Source of the DNA: Antedon mediterranea | Lineage: Eukaryota; Animalia; Echinodermata | Assembly: GCF_964355755.1 (NCBI RefSeq) | Contig: NC_092677.1 | Coordinates: forward strand, 11,678,101-11,742,100 | Reading direction: 5' to 3' | DNA: 64,000 bases | In this document: piece by piece, positions 46,205-57,100 of the stretch | How the letters are laid out: each line of letters opens with the position of its first letter | Numbering within the stretch: the first letter of the stretch is position 1 | Notes under the pieces: generated by a model | Databases searched by the model: none | What the model was told of the DNA's origin: nothing | The model's input: the letters and a program-made list of their open reading frames with translations, nothing else | Made by a program: the position numbers and the translations under genes

Positions 46205-47727
46205 TTCTTTTTTTCCCCACAGTTCTGGTCCAAATCATGACCCAATAACATGTCCCTCTGTAATCCTTCGATTACGGCTACAATCACTTTTCCTGTCACT
46301 ATCTTACTTTCTATAGCTACCTCAGCTAAGGGGACGGTAATATCGCCTCCTATACCTCTTAACGTAACCCATTTTCCTGGCAAGTAACATTTGTTAGGCA
46401 CTAGACTTTCCTTAACAGCTGACTGGGTACATCCCGAGTCTCTCAGCATAGTTATATCCTGTCCTTCTAATTTTCCTTTTCCTGGTATTGTACACTTCTC
46501 CATTTTATTTTCTACACTATCCATAACTACTTGGGGTCTATCTGATTTTATTCCTGCACATCTTAAGCCATCTTTCACATTCGGACCCTTCTTAGTGTCA
46601 CTAGTCTTTCCTTTTGCTACCATCTTAGGACAATCCCCTATTTTATGTCCCTTCTCCTTACAATTGAAGCATAGGCCATTAATCCATTCATTTGAAGGTT
46701 CTCTCTGTTGGAAATTTCTACCATAGTTATGGAATCTGCCTCCCCTTCCGCGATACCTATTGTATCCTTGCTGCCTAGCTCCAGGGTTATTCTGAGTCGT
46801 ACTATTCTTAGGTTTACTATTTTCTTGGCCCTTATAATACGTAAGCTTATTTTCAGAATTTACGGCATTCCAATAGCCACGGCCACCTCTATTAGCTATA
46901 TAATCATCGGCTATCATAGCCATATCATAGCTCTTATTTACTTGTTTATCTCTAAGATAAAGCCTCAGATCTTCAGGCATTTTATCAAGTGCCTGTTCCA
47001 TTATAATCATTTCAATAATGCCTGCAGCATCATCTTCTTTTACATTAGCACATTTCATCCAACATTTTAAATAATGGGAGAGCTCATTCAGCCATTCCCT
47101 GATGGACATATCTTTAACTCTGTTTGAATTTCTAAATTTAAATCTGTAGGTCTCTGCGGACACATCATACTTTTCTAAGATTGCCTTCTTTAAGGTATCA
47201 TAATCTACACATTCTTTTACGGTTAAGGATGCATATGCTGTCCTAGCTTTACCAGACAGTTCAGGTGCTAACCTAGCGGACCACGTATTCTTATCCCAAC
47301 CTGTGGCTTCTGCCAAGTGTTCAAATGTTCTAAAATATATATCCATATCATCTGATTCCTTCAAAGTAGGAACCTTTACCTTCATTTCATCTACTATATT
47401 CCTAGCATTACTGTAGCTAGACCTATTTTCTAATTCCATCATTTTCACTCTTTCTTGTGATTCAATTTTTCTTAGCTCTATATCTGCTTTTAATTGGTCT
47501 TGTTGGTATTCTAACTTTTTGTTTTCGGCCTCGAACTTCATTCGAAAATATTCGATCATCATATCTTTAGGGATACCGCCGGGTATTTCGGGCAAATCAA
47601 TATCCCTAGCCATTTTATCATATATTTCATTGACTTGGTCAACCTCTTCTTGGTCAACCATATCTTCCCTAGTATCTTTGTCTGACATAGTCTTATCTAT
47701 ATTTTTACCCGATCTTAAAGTTGTCAT
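46192..47727 (-). CDS. Gag with SCAN-like domain, CCHC knuckle and aspartic protease
   Basis: ETYRFKFR...EQAL..MPEDLR (SCAN-like), CFNCKEKGHKIGDC, LRDSGC, MLLGHD. Confidence 0.9.
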   Translation of the reverse strand: MTTLRSGKNIDKTMSDKDTREDMVDQEEVDQVNEIYDKMARDIDLPEIPGGIPKDMMIEYFRMKFEAENKKLEYQQDQLKADIELRKIESQERVKMMELENRSSYSNARNIVDEMKVKVPTLKESDDMDIYFRTFEHLAEATGWDKNTWSARLAPELSGKARTAYASLTVKECVDYDTLKKAILEKYDVSAETYRFKFRNSNRVKDMSIREWLNELSHYLKCWMKCANVKEDDAAGIIEMIIMEQALDKMPEDLRLYLRDKQVNKSYDMAMIADDYIANRGGRGYWNAVNSENKLTYYKGQENSKPKNSTTQNNPGARQQGYNRYRGRGGRFHNYGRNFQQREPSNEWINGLCFNCKEKGHKIGDCPKMVAKGKTSDTKKGPNVKDGLRCAGIKSDRPQVVMDSVENKMEKCTIPGKGKLEGQDITMLRDSGCTQSAVKESLVPNKCYLPGKWVTLRGIGGDITVPLAEVAIESKIVTGKVIVAVIEGLQRDMLLGHDLDQNCGEKKKCSS

Positions 47728-49446
47728 GCTAATAACAATTTTACTAATGAAATATGTAAACTTATGTATACAAAATATGTTATAAAAGTATTTGTATTAC
47801 CTTGATTCCATTCAGATATGTAAAAATATGAAATCCACATAAATTTTTAAATGCAATACAATATAAGACATTAATTTACTTCAAAGTCACAAACAACGTT
47901 CCAAGTTCGCTCCGTACACAAATTTACTTTCGAAATAAAAAATAGTTTACAAAGTCAGCTTTGCAAATCTTCTCAAAATTTACTGGGCTTCCTTCTGTTA
48001 CTTCAGTCTTCTTCTTTCAGATCTCGGTGAATATATCTCTCTCCGATGAATATCCAGCAGTCTTGAGCTCAATAGTACTTCTTCTTCGTTGTAATATCCA
48101 AACAACGCACGGTATAAAAACTGTCAGGAATCCAGATCTTCGTAACCATTTAACTTTTTGTTTACTGATTTAACAGGCCCGTAGAGTAGGCACTGTCACT
48201 TCTTCTTCTTCTTCTTCTTGATACTTAAATCATGTATCTTAAACAAAAATTTTCACTGCTGCCACCATGTAGTGAATATTTAAGTTGGTTCCGAGCTTTC
48301 TCAGGCGTATATATATAACTCCACGCGACGTACACTGTCACTGAATGATAACTCATACAAAAAGTATATTTAACTCAACTAGAACTTTTATTCCTTGTAA
48401 CTCGATTAATACATCTTTCTACCACTACCAGTCAAGCCTTAATATTTTCTTTATCATCTTTCCGTTTATCTACTCTGATCTTATTCTCTCTTCTTTCACC
48501 TAATATCTATTACATTCCACTTTTATACTGGACATGCAAATTTTAGGCTTCAGAGGAGGATAACATTTTCCCTCCAAAAATTATACGATTTTGATTGGCT
48601 AATAATATAAGGCGGACCTGGTCTACAGCATCCTTATCTAAACACAGAGAATCACAACATAAATAGTATGACAGCGCTATTGAATACATTATTATTAATT
48701 AACCTTGTCTCAATGAGCAGAGGTTTTATGAAAAGCATTTTGGGATGCCATACCATATTCACTTATAACATGGAGGCCTCCATGCTTATAATCAAGCAAT
48801 TCTTCATCATATACACACACCATTCACCAAAACTATTTATGAAGGAGCGACTCATTCAATGATAAATGCCTACGTTGAAAACATTGTTGATTGACAAGTC
48901 TTACAGACTAGACTAATTGTCTGCATTTCATAGACTCTCTTCTCCCAGTCCGAGTTTCCAATTTGTTTCAGTCGTAGTAAACAATAATCTACTGCTTGGT
49001 ACCTGTTTCCTACTGACTGTTCTCTAGGGGATTACTACCTAAAGGAGACTGAGGCGCGAAAACACAATACAACTGTACAGTAATCTTTTTTAATCAAATA
49101 ACACCTCCATAAACTAAACAAATTCTGTAAATTCTGTTAATTCTTTTCATTCAATTTATTTACATACTGTAATATCATATTCAAAACATTTTCAGATACA
49201 GTAACAGGGAGAGAAAAAAGTAGTTTGCATACATCTTTACCTAATCATTGAGTACTTCTTTAGAACAACAACATTTAATGCTGTATGTAGTATTGAATAT
49301 TAATTGAAATAATTTAACCAAACAGTTACAGTTTAACAGCAATAAAGTATTTACTTCAATCCATTTACTGGTTACTATTGCAAACAGAACACAAAAAAGC
49401 GCTTCATTTTTGTTGATTAAGGCAAGGTCTAAAGGTATCTGTAAAA

Positions 49447-52400
49447 TCATTTTCCACGACCTCTACTGGCACTCCCGCCCCTTCCACCACCTCTACTGGC
49501 ACTCCCACCCCTTCCACCAACTCTACTGGCACTCCCGCCCCTTCCACCACCTCTACTGGCACTCCCGCCCCTTCCACCACCTCTACTGGCACTCCCGCCC
49601 CTTCCACCTCTTCCACTGGCACCCCTTCCTCCTCCCATAGCACCCTTTCCACCACCACTGGCACCCCTTCCACCACCACTGGCACCATTCCCACCACCGG
49701 CACCATTCCCACCACCTCCACCCCTTCCTCTACCACCTTCACCCCTTCCACCGGCATCCTTTCCACCACTGGCACCACCTCCACCTCTTTTTCCTCCACT
49801 GGCACCCCTTCCTCCTCCACTGGCACCCTTTCCTCCTCCACTGGCACTCCTTTCACCACTTTTACTTGCACCCCTTCCATGCCCTCTACTGGTACAACTT
49901 CCATGACCACCAGTGGTACCCCTACCACCTCCACTGGCTCTTCCATGACATCCACTAGCAATCCTTCCTCTACCACCTGTGTCAGCCTTTCCACTATTTT
50001 GTGAAGTTCTTCCACCAACCCCTGAACCTCCACCTTTGTTCATAATCCTATGTGTGCCCTTTTGCACCACCACCACCCTTGGCACCACTTTGATTTCCTG
50101 AACAACAACCACTCTGTTTATTAAACTGTTTACTTTCTGTGTCATATCCTGTCTTTTATTACCAATATTATGTGTTGTTCTTGGTGATTCTCTGATAGAT
50201 TCATGCCCTACTTCAGCATTTCTTGATCCCCATAGAGCATCTTTGTTTATTCGGGATCTATTAGCTTGAGAGCCATAGTCACCTTGCGGGCTACTAAATT
50301 GACTGTTAACTCTTCCTGCAGCCCATAAGTTTACTTCCTGTGTCATATCCTGTCTTTTATTACCAATATGATGTGTTGTTCGTGGTGATTCTCTGATAGA
50401 TTCATGCCCTTCTTCAGCATTTCTTGATCCCCATAGAGCATCTTTGTTTATTGTGGATCTATTAGCTTGAGAGCCATAGTCACCTTGCAGGCTACTAAAT
50501 TGACTGTTAACTCTTCCTGCAGCCCATAAGTTTACTTCCTGTGATATATCCTGTCTTTTATTACCAATATTATGTGTTGTTCTTGGTGATTCTCTGATAG
50601 ATTCATGCCCTTCTTCAGCATTTCTTGATCCCCATATACCATCTTTGTTTATTCTTGATCTATTAGCTTGAGAGCCATAGTAACATGGCAGGCTATTAAA
50701 TTGACTGTTAACTCTTCTTGCAGCCCATAGGTTTTCTCGAGCTTCTTCTTTTTCTTTGTCGAGACCTTCACTTTCTTTTTCATTTTTGGAATCTATGTTA
50801 ATGCCATATCCAGAATTAGAATGCTCCATCACAGTGTAATACATAAAAGACAATACATGAAACTCATCCCCAAGAGCATTGCTGTTATCTACAAATTCAA
50901 GTGCTTTTTCTGGTTTTTGAAATGTTTTAAAACAGTTATAGATCTGGTGTAAAAATGATCCATTGTACAATACAGACACATCATTTGTTGAAAAGGGATT
51001 TGATAAGAAAGCATTCAAATGTGAAATATACTTCAAGACACTCTGCCATTGGGCAAACATGTTGCTGGCGTTCGCATCAAAATTCCCTTCTCTCTGCATA
51101 AATTTCACTCGTGTTTCACTAAATCTATTTTGTATCCAGTTGCCACTATCTTCTCCGTAGCCTTGTTTGAACTGCTGGTCATGTAACTGTTTTATTCCAC
51201 TGCTTTTCAATAATCCAAGAAGCAAAGCAAGAATGTGTCTCCAACTTACATTTGGTTTTGCATGTTTTATCCAGTACAACATAGAAGCAATTGGGACTTG
51301 GAATTCTCTTTTTATGTTGTGCAGATCTTCTGACTTTAACATTAAACAATCCATAAACAATTGCTTGCTCTGTGTTTTGTCAAGTTCTCGAATATTGTGA
51401 ATGCTGAATGCACAATATTTTGGAGAAACTTGTCTACACTTAACTTCCCCACCTTGTCTGTCGTACTCATCAATTGTAGGGTTCTCACTGCAGTCACTCT
51501 GATGAATAAAACCATAGATCATTTGTCTTATTGGCAAGCTAATTTTATTTGAACTTGCATGATGTGGGCTCTCAATAAAGTTCGCCAGAAAGCATTTTTT
51601 CATCAGCTGTGCATTAAGTGAATCTGATGGAAGTGACCAACTACGGAACTCTGTAATGAACCAGAGTGGAAGATCATAATTCTGCCACAGGAGGCACTCT
51701 TCTTGGTTTATTTCTTTGGTTTCAAAGTATGTTGCATATTCTGATGTACTATTTACAGTGTACATTTCTATTGATGTTTGTATTTTATTTCGTAGCTTGT
51801 CTCTATGCTGGTGGTATTCATGCTTTAAAGAAGCTTCTATAGCATCATCTGGTGAGTCAAAAGCAGCAAGCCAATGTATCAACTCTTTCAGTTTCATACC
51901 TACAAAATGATCAACATAATCATTGCCTTGCAGTGTTCCAAAGAGCGGGAGTAAACTCTTCTTCAGTTTAAAATGCTTACAGAATCTATCGACGTGGAAG
52001 ATTTTGCATGTCAGAAAACTGCTTTTTGATTTTTTAGTGTGCTGTAGCTTATGAAAGTTAAATCCTTTCAAGTTGATAAAACCACCAGTAAGGTCTGTTA
52101 CATAGAAATCACTGTCATTCGAAAGAACTGGACATTGGTAAGCATTTGCTAAAGCAGAGATTTCACTGTCCGCTTCAAAATCACACTGTGCATAGTTTAC
52201 CCCACTATCTGTTAGTGCTTGACGAAAGACATCAATTGCAAAGACCGGGAGTACAACACCATGACCACCTGCAGCGAGTGAAAGAGCCATACGTACACGA
52301 TCCTTATGCCTATCCTTCATGGTACTGAACTTCTTTCCATCGGGATCTATGGCACCATCCATAAGGATAAACGGCTCAATCTCACATTTTCTGAGGTTTG

Positions 52401-52590
52401 CCACAAATGTTTGGCATACTCCATAGAAGACAAGGTTCTCTCCACCGTGTTTCATATCCAGCTCAGCATTTAGATACAGATGATACAACAAACTGTAGCC
52501 ATCTATAACTAACTTGGTATCTTGAAGACTGCAGGTTTCTGTTAGAAAACGATGATCATCAAGAAATGTTGTTAGGCCTTTGATCCCCAT
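49447..52590 (-). CDS. ASTE1: Asteroid homolog 1 (XPG/FEN1-like PIN nuclease) with C-terminal tandem repeats and RGG tail; single coding exon
   Basis: MGIKGL, LVIDG, MDG, FEADSEI, CPVLSNDSDF, GNDY, FAQWQ; 1047-aa uninterrupted ORF; divergent from NEK11. Confidence 0.88.
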   Translation of the reverse strand: MGIKGLTTFLDDHRFLTETCSLQDTKLVIDGYSLLYHLYLNAELDMKHGGENLVFYGVCQTFVANLRKCEIEPFILMDGAIDPDGKKFSTMKDRHKDRVRMALSLAAGGHGVVLPVFAIDVFRQALTDSGVNYAQCDFEADSEISALANAYQCPVLSNDSDFYVTDLTGGFINLKGFNFHKLQHTKKSKSSFLTCKIFHVDRFCKHFKLKKSLLPLFGTLQGNDYVDHFVGMKLKELIHWLAAFDSPDDAIEASLKHEYHQHRDKLRNKIQTSIEMYTVNSTSEYATYFETKEINQEECLLWQNYDLPLWFITEFRSWSLPSDSLNAQLMKKCFLANFIESPHHASSNKISLPIRQMIYGFIHQSDCSENPTIDEYDRQGGEVKCRQVSPKYCAFSIHNIRELDKTQSKQLFMDCLMLKSEDLHNIKREFQVPIASMLYWIKHAKPNVSWRHILALLLGLLKSSGIKQLHDQQFKQGYGEDSGNWIQNRFSETRVKFMQREGNFDANASNMFAQWQSVLKYISHLNAFLSNPFSTNDVSVLYNGSFLHQIYNCFKTFQKPEKALEFVDNSNALGDEFHVLSFMYYTVMEHSNSGYGINIDSKNEKESEGLDKEKEEARENLWAARRVNSQFNSLPCYYGSQANRSRINKDGIWGSRNAEEGHESIRESPRTTHNIGNKRQDISQEVNLWAAGRVNSQFSSLQGDYGSQANRSTINKDALWGSRNAEEGHESIRESPRTTHHIGNKRQDMTQEVNLWAAGRVNSQFSSPQGDYGSQANRSRINKDALWGSRNAEVGHESIRESPRTTHNIGNKRQDMTQKVNSLINRVVVVQEIKVVPRVVVVQKGTHRIMNKGGGSGVGGRTSQNSGKADTGGRGRIASGCHGRASGGGRGTTGGHGSCTSRGHGRGASKSGERSASGGGKGASGGGRGASGGKRGGGGASGGKDAGGRGEGGRGRGGGGGNGAGGGNGASGGGRGASGGGKGAMGGGRGASGRGGRGGSASRGGGRGGSASRGGGRGGSASRVGGRGGSASRGGGRGGSASRGRGK
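49450..49620 (-). repeat. 30-bp coding minisatellite (RGGGRGGSAS)n, about 5 copies
   Basis: ctctactggcactcccgccccttccaccac repeated. Confidence 0.9.
50128..50730 (-). repeat. Three 201-bp (67-aa) coding tandem repeats in ASTE1
   Basis: gcccata anchor recurs at 50321, 50522 and 50723. Confidence 0.92.
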
Positions 52591-53502
52591 TTTGGTTGTG
52601 GTGGGATGCTCACAATACAGTACTGTATTTATAGCCTATTCCATTTCTGTTTTTAAAGATAAATTTGTTTACAGTCAGTAAACCTAAATATGGCATATGT
52701 TATTTTTTTTATGTTAAAATTCCGTTTCTGAAATTGTGCAACCCCCCAGGGCCCATTTTCAGACAAATAAGGCACGTGCTTTGCCCGTGCTTTGTTCACA
52801 CGACGTACGACTGTCCCTGAAGCTTGCATTGCATGCTTGACTGACTCATGCACGCTTTGGAATGATCGACTGACTGATTAAATAAGGCAAACAAGACTAT
52901 CAAAATCAGTATGAAGGCAATTACCGACAAAATGTTAAATAGTAGAGTGTGTGGTACTGTACTAAATATTCATTTTCCGGCAAATCTAGAGAGGTAAGTC
53001 AGGCCTAGGTCTAGCCGAAAAAATGTGCGGAAACTGAATTAATTCTTGCATACCCCCTCTATTGTCGTGTCTTGTGTAAGCAGCTATCTGTAGAGGGCGT
53101 TCGTAAGTTTGTTTCTAAAAAACAAAAAACGAGTTTTATGTCCTTGTTGTTGTGTTTCTTTCTAGCTAGATATCCTGCAGTTATTTGGTAGATATTATAT
53201 GAATTGAGTGTATTTTGCAAAATAAAAATATATAGAATATTTATTTGAAAAATTGTGTTTTCTGAGGGATTGTAAAATAATATAGGCCTAAGTAAAAGTA
53301 TCTTTGCATGTTTTTATATAATAGGCCTAGGCTAGGCCTAGTAGTAGTAGAGAGAGAGTGTCTGCTGTCTGTTCCATTTTGGGATTAGCTAGGTAGTACT
53401 AGTAGGGCTAGACGATAATCACATTGTGATTGTTGTATATCTGGTAGAAAACTTGTTTAAACATAACTATAGTATCTATATGAGGGAGGGAATCTATATA
53501 TT

Positions 53503-53810
53503 AGTGAGTGAGTGGACGAGCGGTTAAGACAGTGGAACCGTAATCACGTAGCCATAACATCGGCAGGGGTTCGAGGCTCACTCACTCCATGGTTCTGGTG
53601 GTAGAACGAGTCTTCTCGGATAAGGACTATAAACCGTAGGTCCAGTGTACACAACTTGCTCGTGTGCACTTTAAAGAACCTAGTACATCTTTCGAGACGA
53701 GTAGGGGGTTACCCCGGTGTATTAGTACATCACAGCCACTGATCACCAACTGGGCCCTCTGGGAGATCAGTCTTTGACTGAAGAGGTCACCCAGTATAAA
53801 GATAAAAAAA
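53503..53810 (+). mobile_element. Full-length tRNA-derived SINE with Deu/Nin-like central domain
   Basis: A box TGGACGAGCGG, B box GGTTCGAGGC, core taaaccgtaggtcc...taaagaacc...gagtagggggttaccccggtgt, 3' hairpin and A tail. Confidence 0.8.
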
Positions 53811-54119
53811 AAATATATATATATATAAATTATGGTTAAAGCGAAGCGAGCTCACTCTCTAGTTATTATAATTATTAGGCCAAACCATAACAATTATTTT
53901 ATCCTTAAAATATATATAAAAGTTACTTTCAAAGTCTAAAGAATCTGATGCCTACTCTACTACTACTACTAGATATATATAGGCTTACATAAAACGATGA
54001 AAAACATTTTTTTTTTTTTTGATAATTTCTACACACTAACCATTAGCATTAATATTTATTTTTACCAACTTATAGATCATCACCAAATAGGCAGTGGCAT
54101 AGATAATAGATGTGCCACC

Positions 54120-57100
54120 ATGCCACCCACAAGGGGAGTGAAAAAACCCAAAGAGGACAAGAGTGACCATCGAGTCTTAGCAAACCGGTACAGGGTAGAA
54201 AAGAAGCTGGGCAGTGGAAGCTTTGGTACTGCGTTCCTTGTTTATGATATGAGAGCAAATAAAACCAGAGGTGATGAAGAATGGTGAGTTCTGACATGTG
54301 AAAAAGTGGTAGAGTACACACCAAGACCTAACAATATTTCACAACTCAACAAGTTAATTAAAAAAAAATCACACATCTGTTTTTAAAGTCTGCTCAATTG
54401 GAACAACCATGACAGATAAAACTAAGCAAAATACTTGGCAAAATGCAGACAGTGGCAAGGCAAAGGGCTCGCTTTTGTGGCATCATCAATTGATCAATTT
54501 TTTTTATCAAAAATCAATATACATGCAAACAAAAGACAGTAACTTGAAATGTGTGAATTGTTCAACCAACAAATACGGAATTATACTTATGCTTTGCTTT
54601 TTTAGGAAAGTTCTAAAGGAAATTCCCTGTGGTGAGCTAGCCCCAGATGAAACAGTGGGTGCGATGCATGAAGCTAAGCTTCTATCAAGACTACAGCACC
54701 CTAACATCGTTAGATATTATGATAGCTTTCTTGATGGCGAATTCTTTTGTATAATTACAGAGTATTGTGAGGTAGGTTGCTAAGTAACAACTGAAAAAAT
54801 TGTTAATTAAAGCTCTGTCCACATTATCAAACTTTACGTGACAAAAAAATGTGATGTGCCCATATATGGACATCATGACATATCACTACCACATTTGGGC
54901 ACATTACACTTGTCAAACTAGTGTAGTGTAGACAGAGCTTCATCATTGACAGATCACAGCATTGTCTTTTATATGCATGCATGTTCCAATAACCTTGAGA
55001 TATTCTGTTCATAAAGTTTTTTTGAAAAGTCACTGACAATTTTTAGTAATAATAGTAAATACATAATCCCACAGTTGAGGCATTTTAACCCTGAAATTTT
55101 TGATTTGGGTATTTCACAGGGTGGAGACTTAAGTGATAAGATTACTGCTTGGAAGAAGGCAGGCAAGCGGTTTGACCAAGGCGTTGTCATGGACTGGTTT
55201 GTACAATTGGTCCTAGCTGTACAACACATGCATAGACGGTAATTTTGCATTCAATAGATCACCATGACATAGATACATTCTTCTTTTAACATTATTATAC
55301 TAAATTATTCATCTTGTACATACTTTATGTAATCACCTGGGACCAGCGGCTTGATATACAAGTTCTTGTATAGCGCCAAATTCCAACGAATGGATCATTG
55401 CTCATGGCGCTGTGGACTGGATGTTACAATTTTCAACTACGTTCTTCTCCCCTACGGGTCACATCATGTCAGTGCAGCCACTTTAAGGTGCAGCCACTCA
55501 AAAGATGTACAGGTTCTTTAAAGTGCACACTAGCAATATGCATACACTGGACCTACGGTTTATAGTCCTTATCCAAGAAGACTTGTTCAACCGCCACAAC
55601 TATGGAGCGAATGAGCCTCAAACTCTTGCCGATGTTATGGCAGGATTACAGTTCCACTGTCTAACCGCTTGGCCATTCAATCACTTAATATCTTATTCAA
55701 ATAGCTAGTTATTTTGTCTAATGACACAGACAGGATGATCTTTACCATTCTGCCACCTCGGTAAACATTTTACAAATTTTGTTTTCGCATTACAGACAAG
55801 TGCTTCACAGAGATCTTAAAACTTCAAATATATTTTTAAAAAACAATATGATAAAGATTGGAGATTTTGGAATATCACGTGTATTGATGGGGACATCAGA
55901 CTATGCAAGTACCTTCATAGGAACGCCCTACTACATGAGTCCAGAGGTACTAAAACATGAGGGCTACAACTCGAAGTCAGACTTATGGTAAGTGAATACT
56001 TTTGCGAGAATAAACAAACAAATGAAAGAAACTGAAGCCCTGTCTACACTATCAAACTATTTGACAATAAAATGTTTTTATGTCCAAATACGGTGGGGAT
56101 ATGCCCAAATATAATAGTGGTATGACATCATGTCCATATGAGCATGTCACGTTTGTTTGATAGTGTGGATGGAGCTTTAGGGACCATGTTAGTGGTATGA
56201 CATCATGTCCATATGAGCATGTCACGTTTGTTTGATAGTGTGGATGGAGCTTTAGGGACCATGTTAGTGGTATGACATCATGTCCATATGAGCATGTCAC
56301 GTTTGTTTGATAGTGTGGATGGAGCTTTAGGGACCATGTTAGTGGTATGACATCATGTCCATATGAGCATGTCACGTTTGTTTGATAGTGTGGATGGAGC
56401 TTTAGGGACCATGTTAGTGGTATGACATCATGTCCATATGAGCATGTCACGTTTGTTTGATAGTGTGGATGGAGCTTTAGGGACCATGTTAGTGGTATGA
56501 CATCATGTCCATATGAGCATGTCACGTTTGTTTGATAGTGTGGATGGAGCTTTAGGGACCATGTTAAAATTATTATACTGCAGTAACTGCATTTTGTTTA
56601 CACTTTAACCTGTTTATACAATTATTTAGAAAGTTTTTTTTAGTGTCATACACAGGTGGGGCATTTAGAAACCATTTTGGCCAACTTATTGGATCCAAGA
56701 TGACATATATTTTGATACCTCATCATGTGTATGTGGATGCATGCTTTAACAAAAATGTGTATAACGTACCAACACTCTCCTCACTATCTCTTTTTAATTA
56801 TATACTGTAATCTGTTGTTCACAAATAAATGTTTTTATGTATTTTTTGTAGAAATAAATAGAATTTATACTCGATATTTAGGTCTGTAGCATGTATACTG
56901 TATGAAATATGTGCATTACAGCACGCATTTGAGGGCCAGTCATTAATGGGAATTATGTATAAGATAGTTGAAGGGAATAAACCTGAGTTACCAGACATGT
57001 ATCACCAGAATCTACGGCAACTTGTACAAAGGTAAGAATGTGCTGCAGTCCATTTTAAAGAATTGTTTAACAAAAGTATCCTTATTTAGAAACACTGAAT

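Larger units (their letters stand above)
42732..48673 (-). mobile_element. Gmr1-like Ty3/Gypsy LTR retrotransposon, recent insertion
   Basis: 406-bp TG...CA LTRs (42732-43137, 48268-48673), TSD gcgct, PBS TGGTGGCAGCAGTG (tRNA-Leu-like), purine tract AAAAAGGGAAA, gag-pro and IN-RT-RH ORFs. Confidence 0.96.

Noticed and set aside
45951-47785. Plus-strand ORFs inside the retrotransposon
   Set aside because: Antisense to gag/pol with no recognisable motifs; no env-like ORF seen
49404-50033. 209-aa Val/Glu-rich ORF and antisense His-rich ORF overlapping the ASTE1 tail
   Set aside because: Alternative frames of the low-complexity Gly/Arg repeat that lack stops by composition
53503-53590. tRNA gene
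   Set aside because: A and B boxes are present but it continues into a SINE body found in several copies, so it is a SINE head
53765-53796. CTGAAGA hammerhead-like core in the SINE 3' end
   Set aside because: No downstream stem II-GAAA, and another copy reads CTGAAGG; it is part of a simple hairpin
56052-56525. 157-aa repetitive ORF
   Set aside because: Translation of the 75-bp MITE-derived tandem array, antisense within a NEK11 intron
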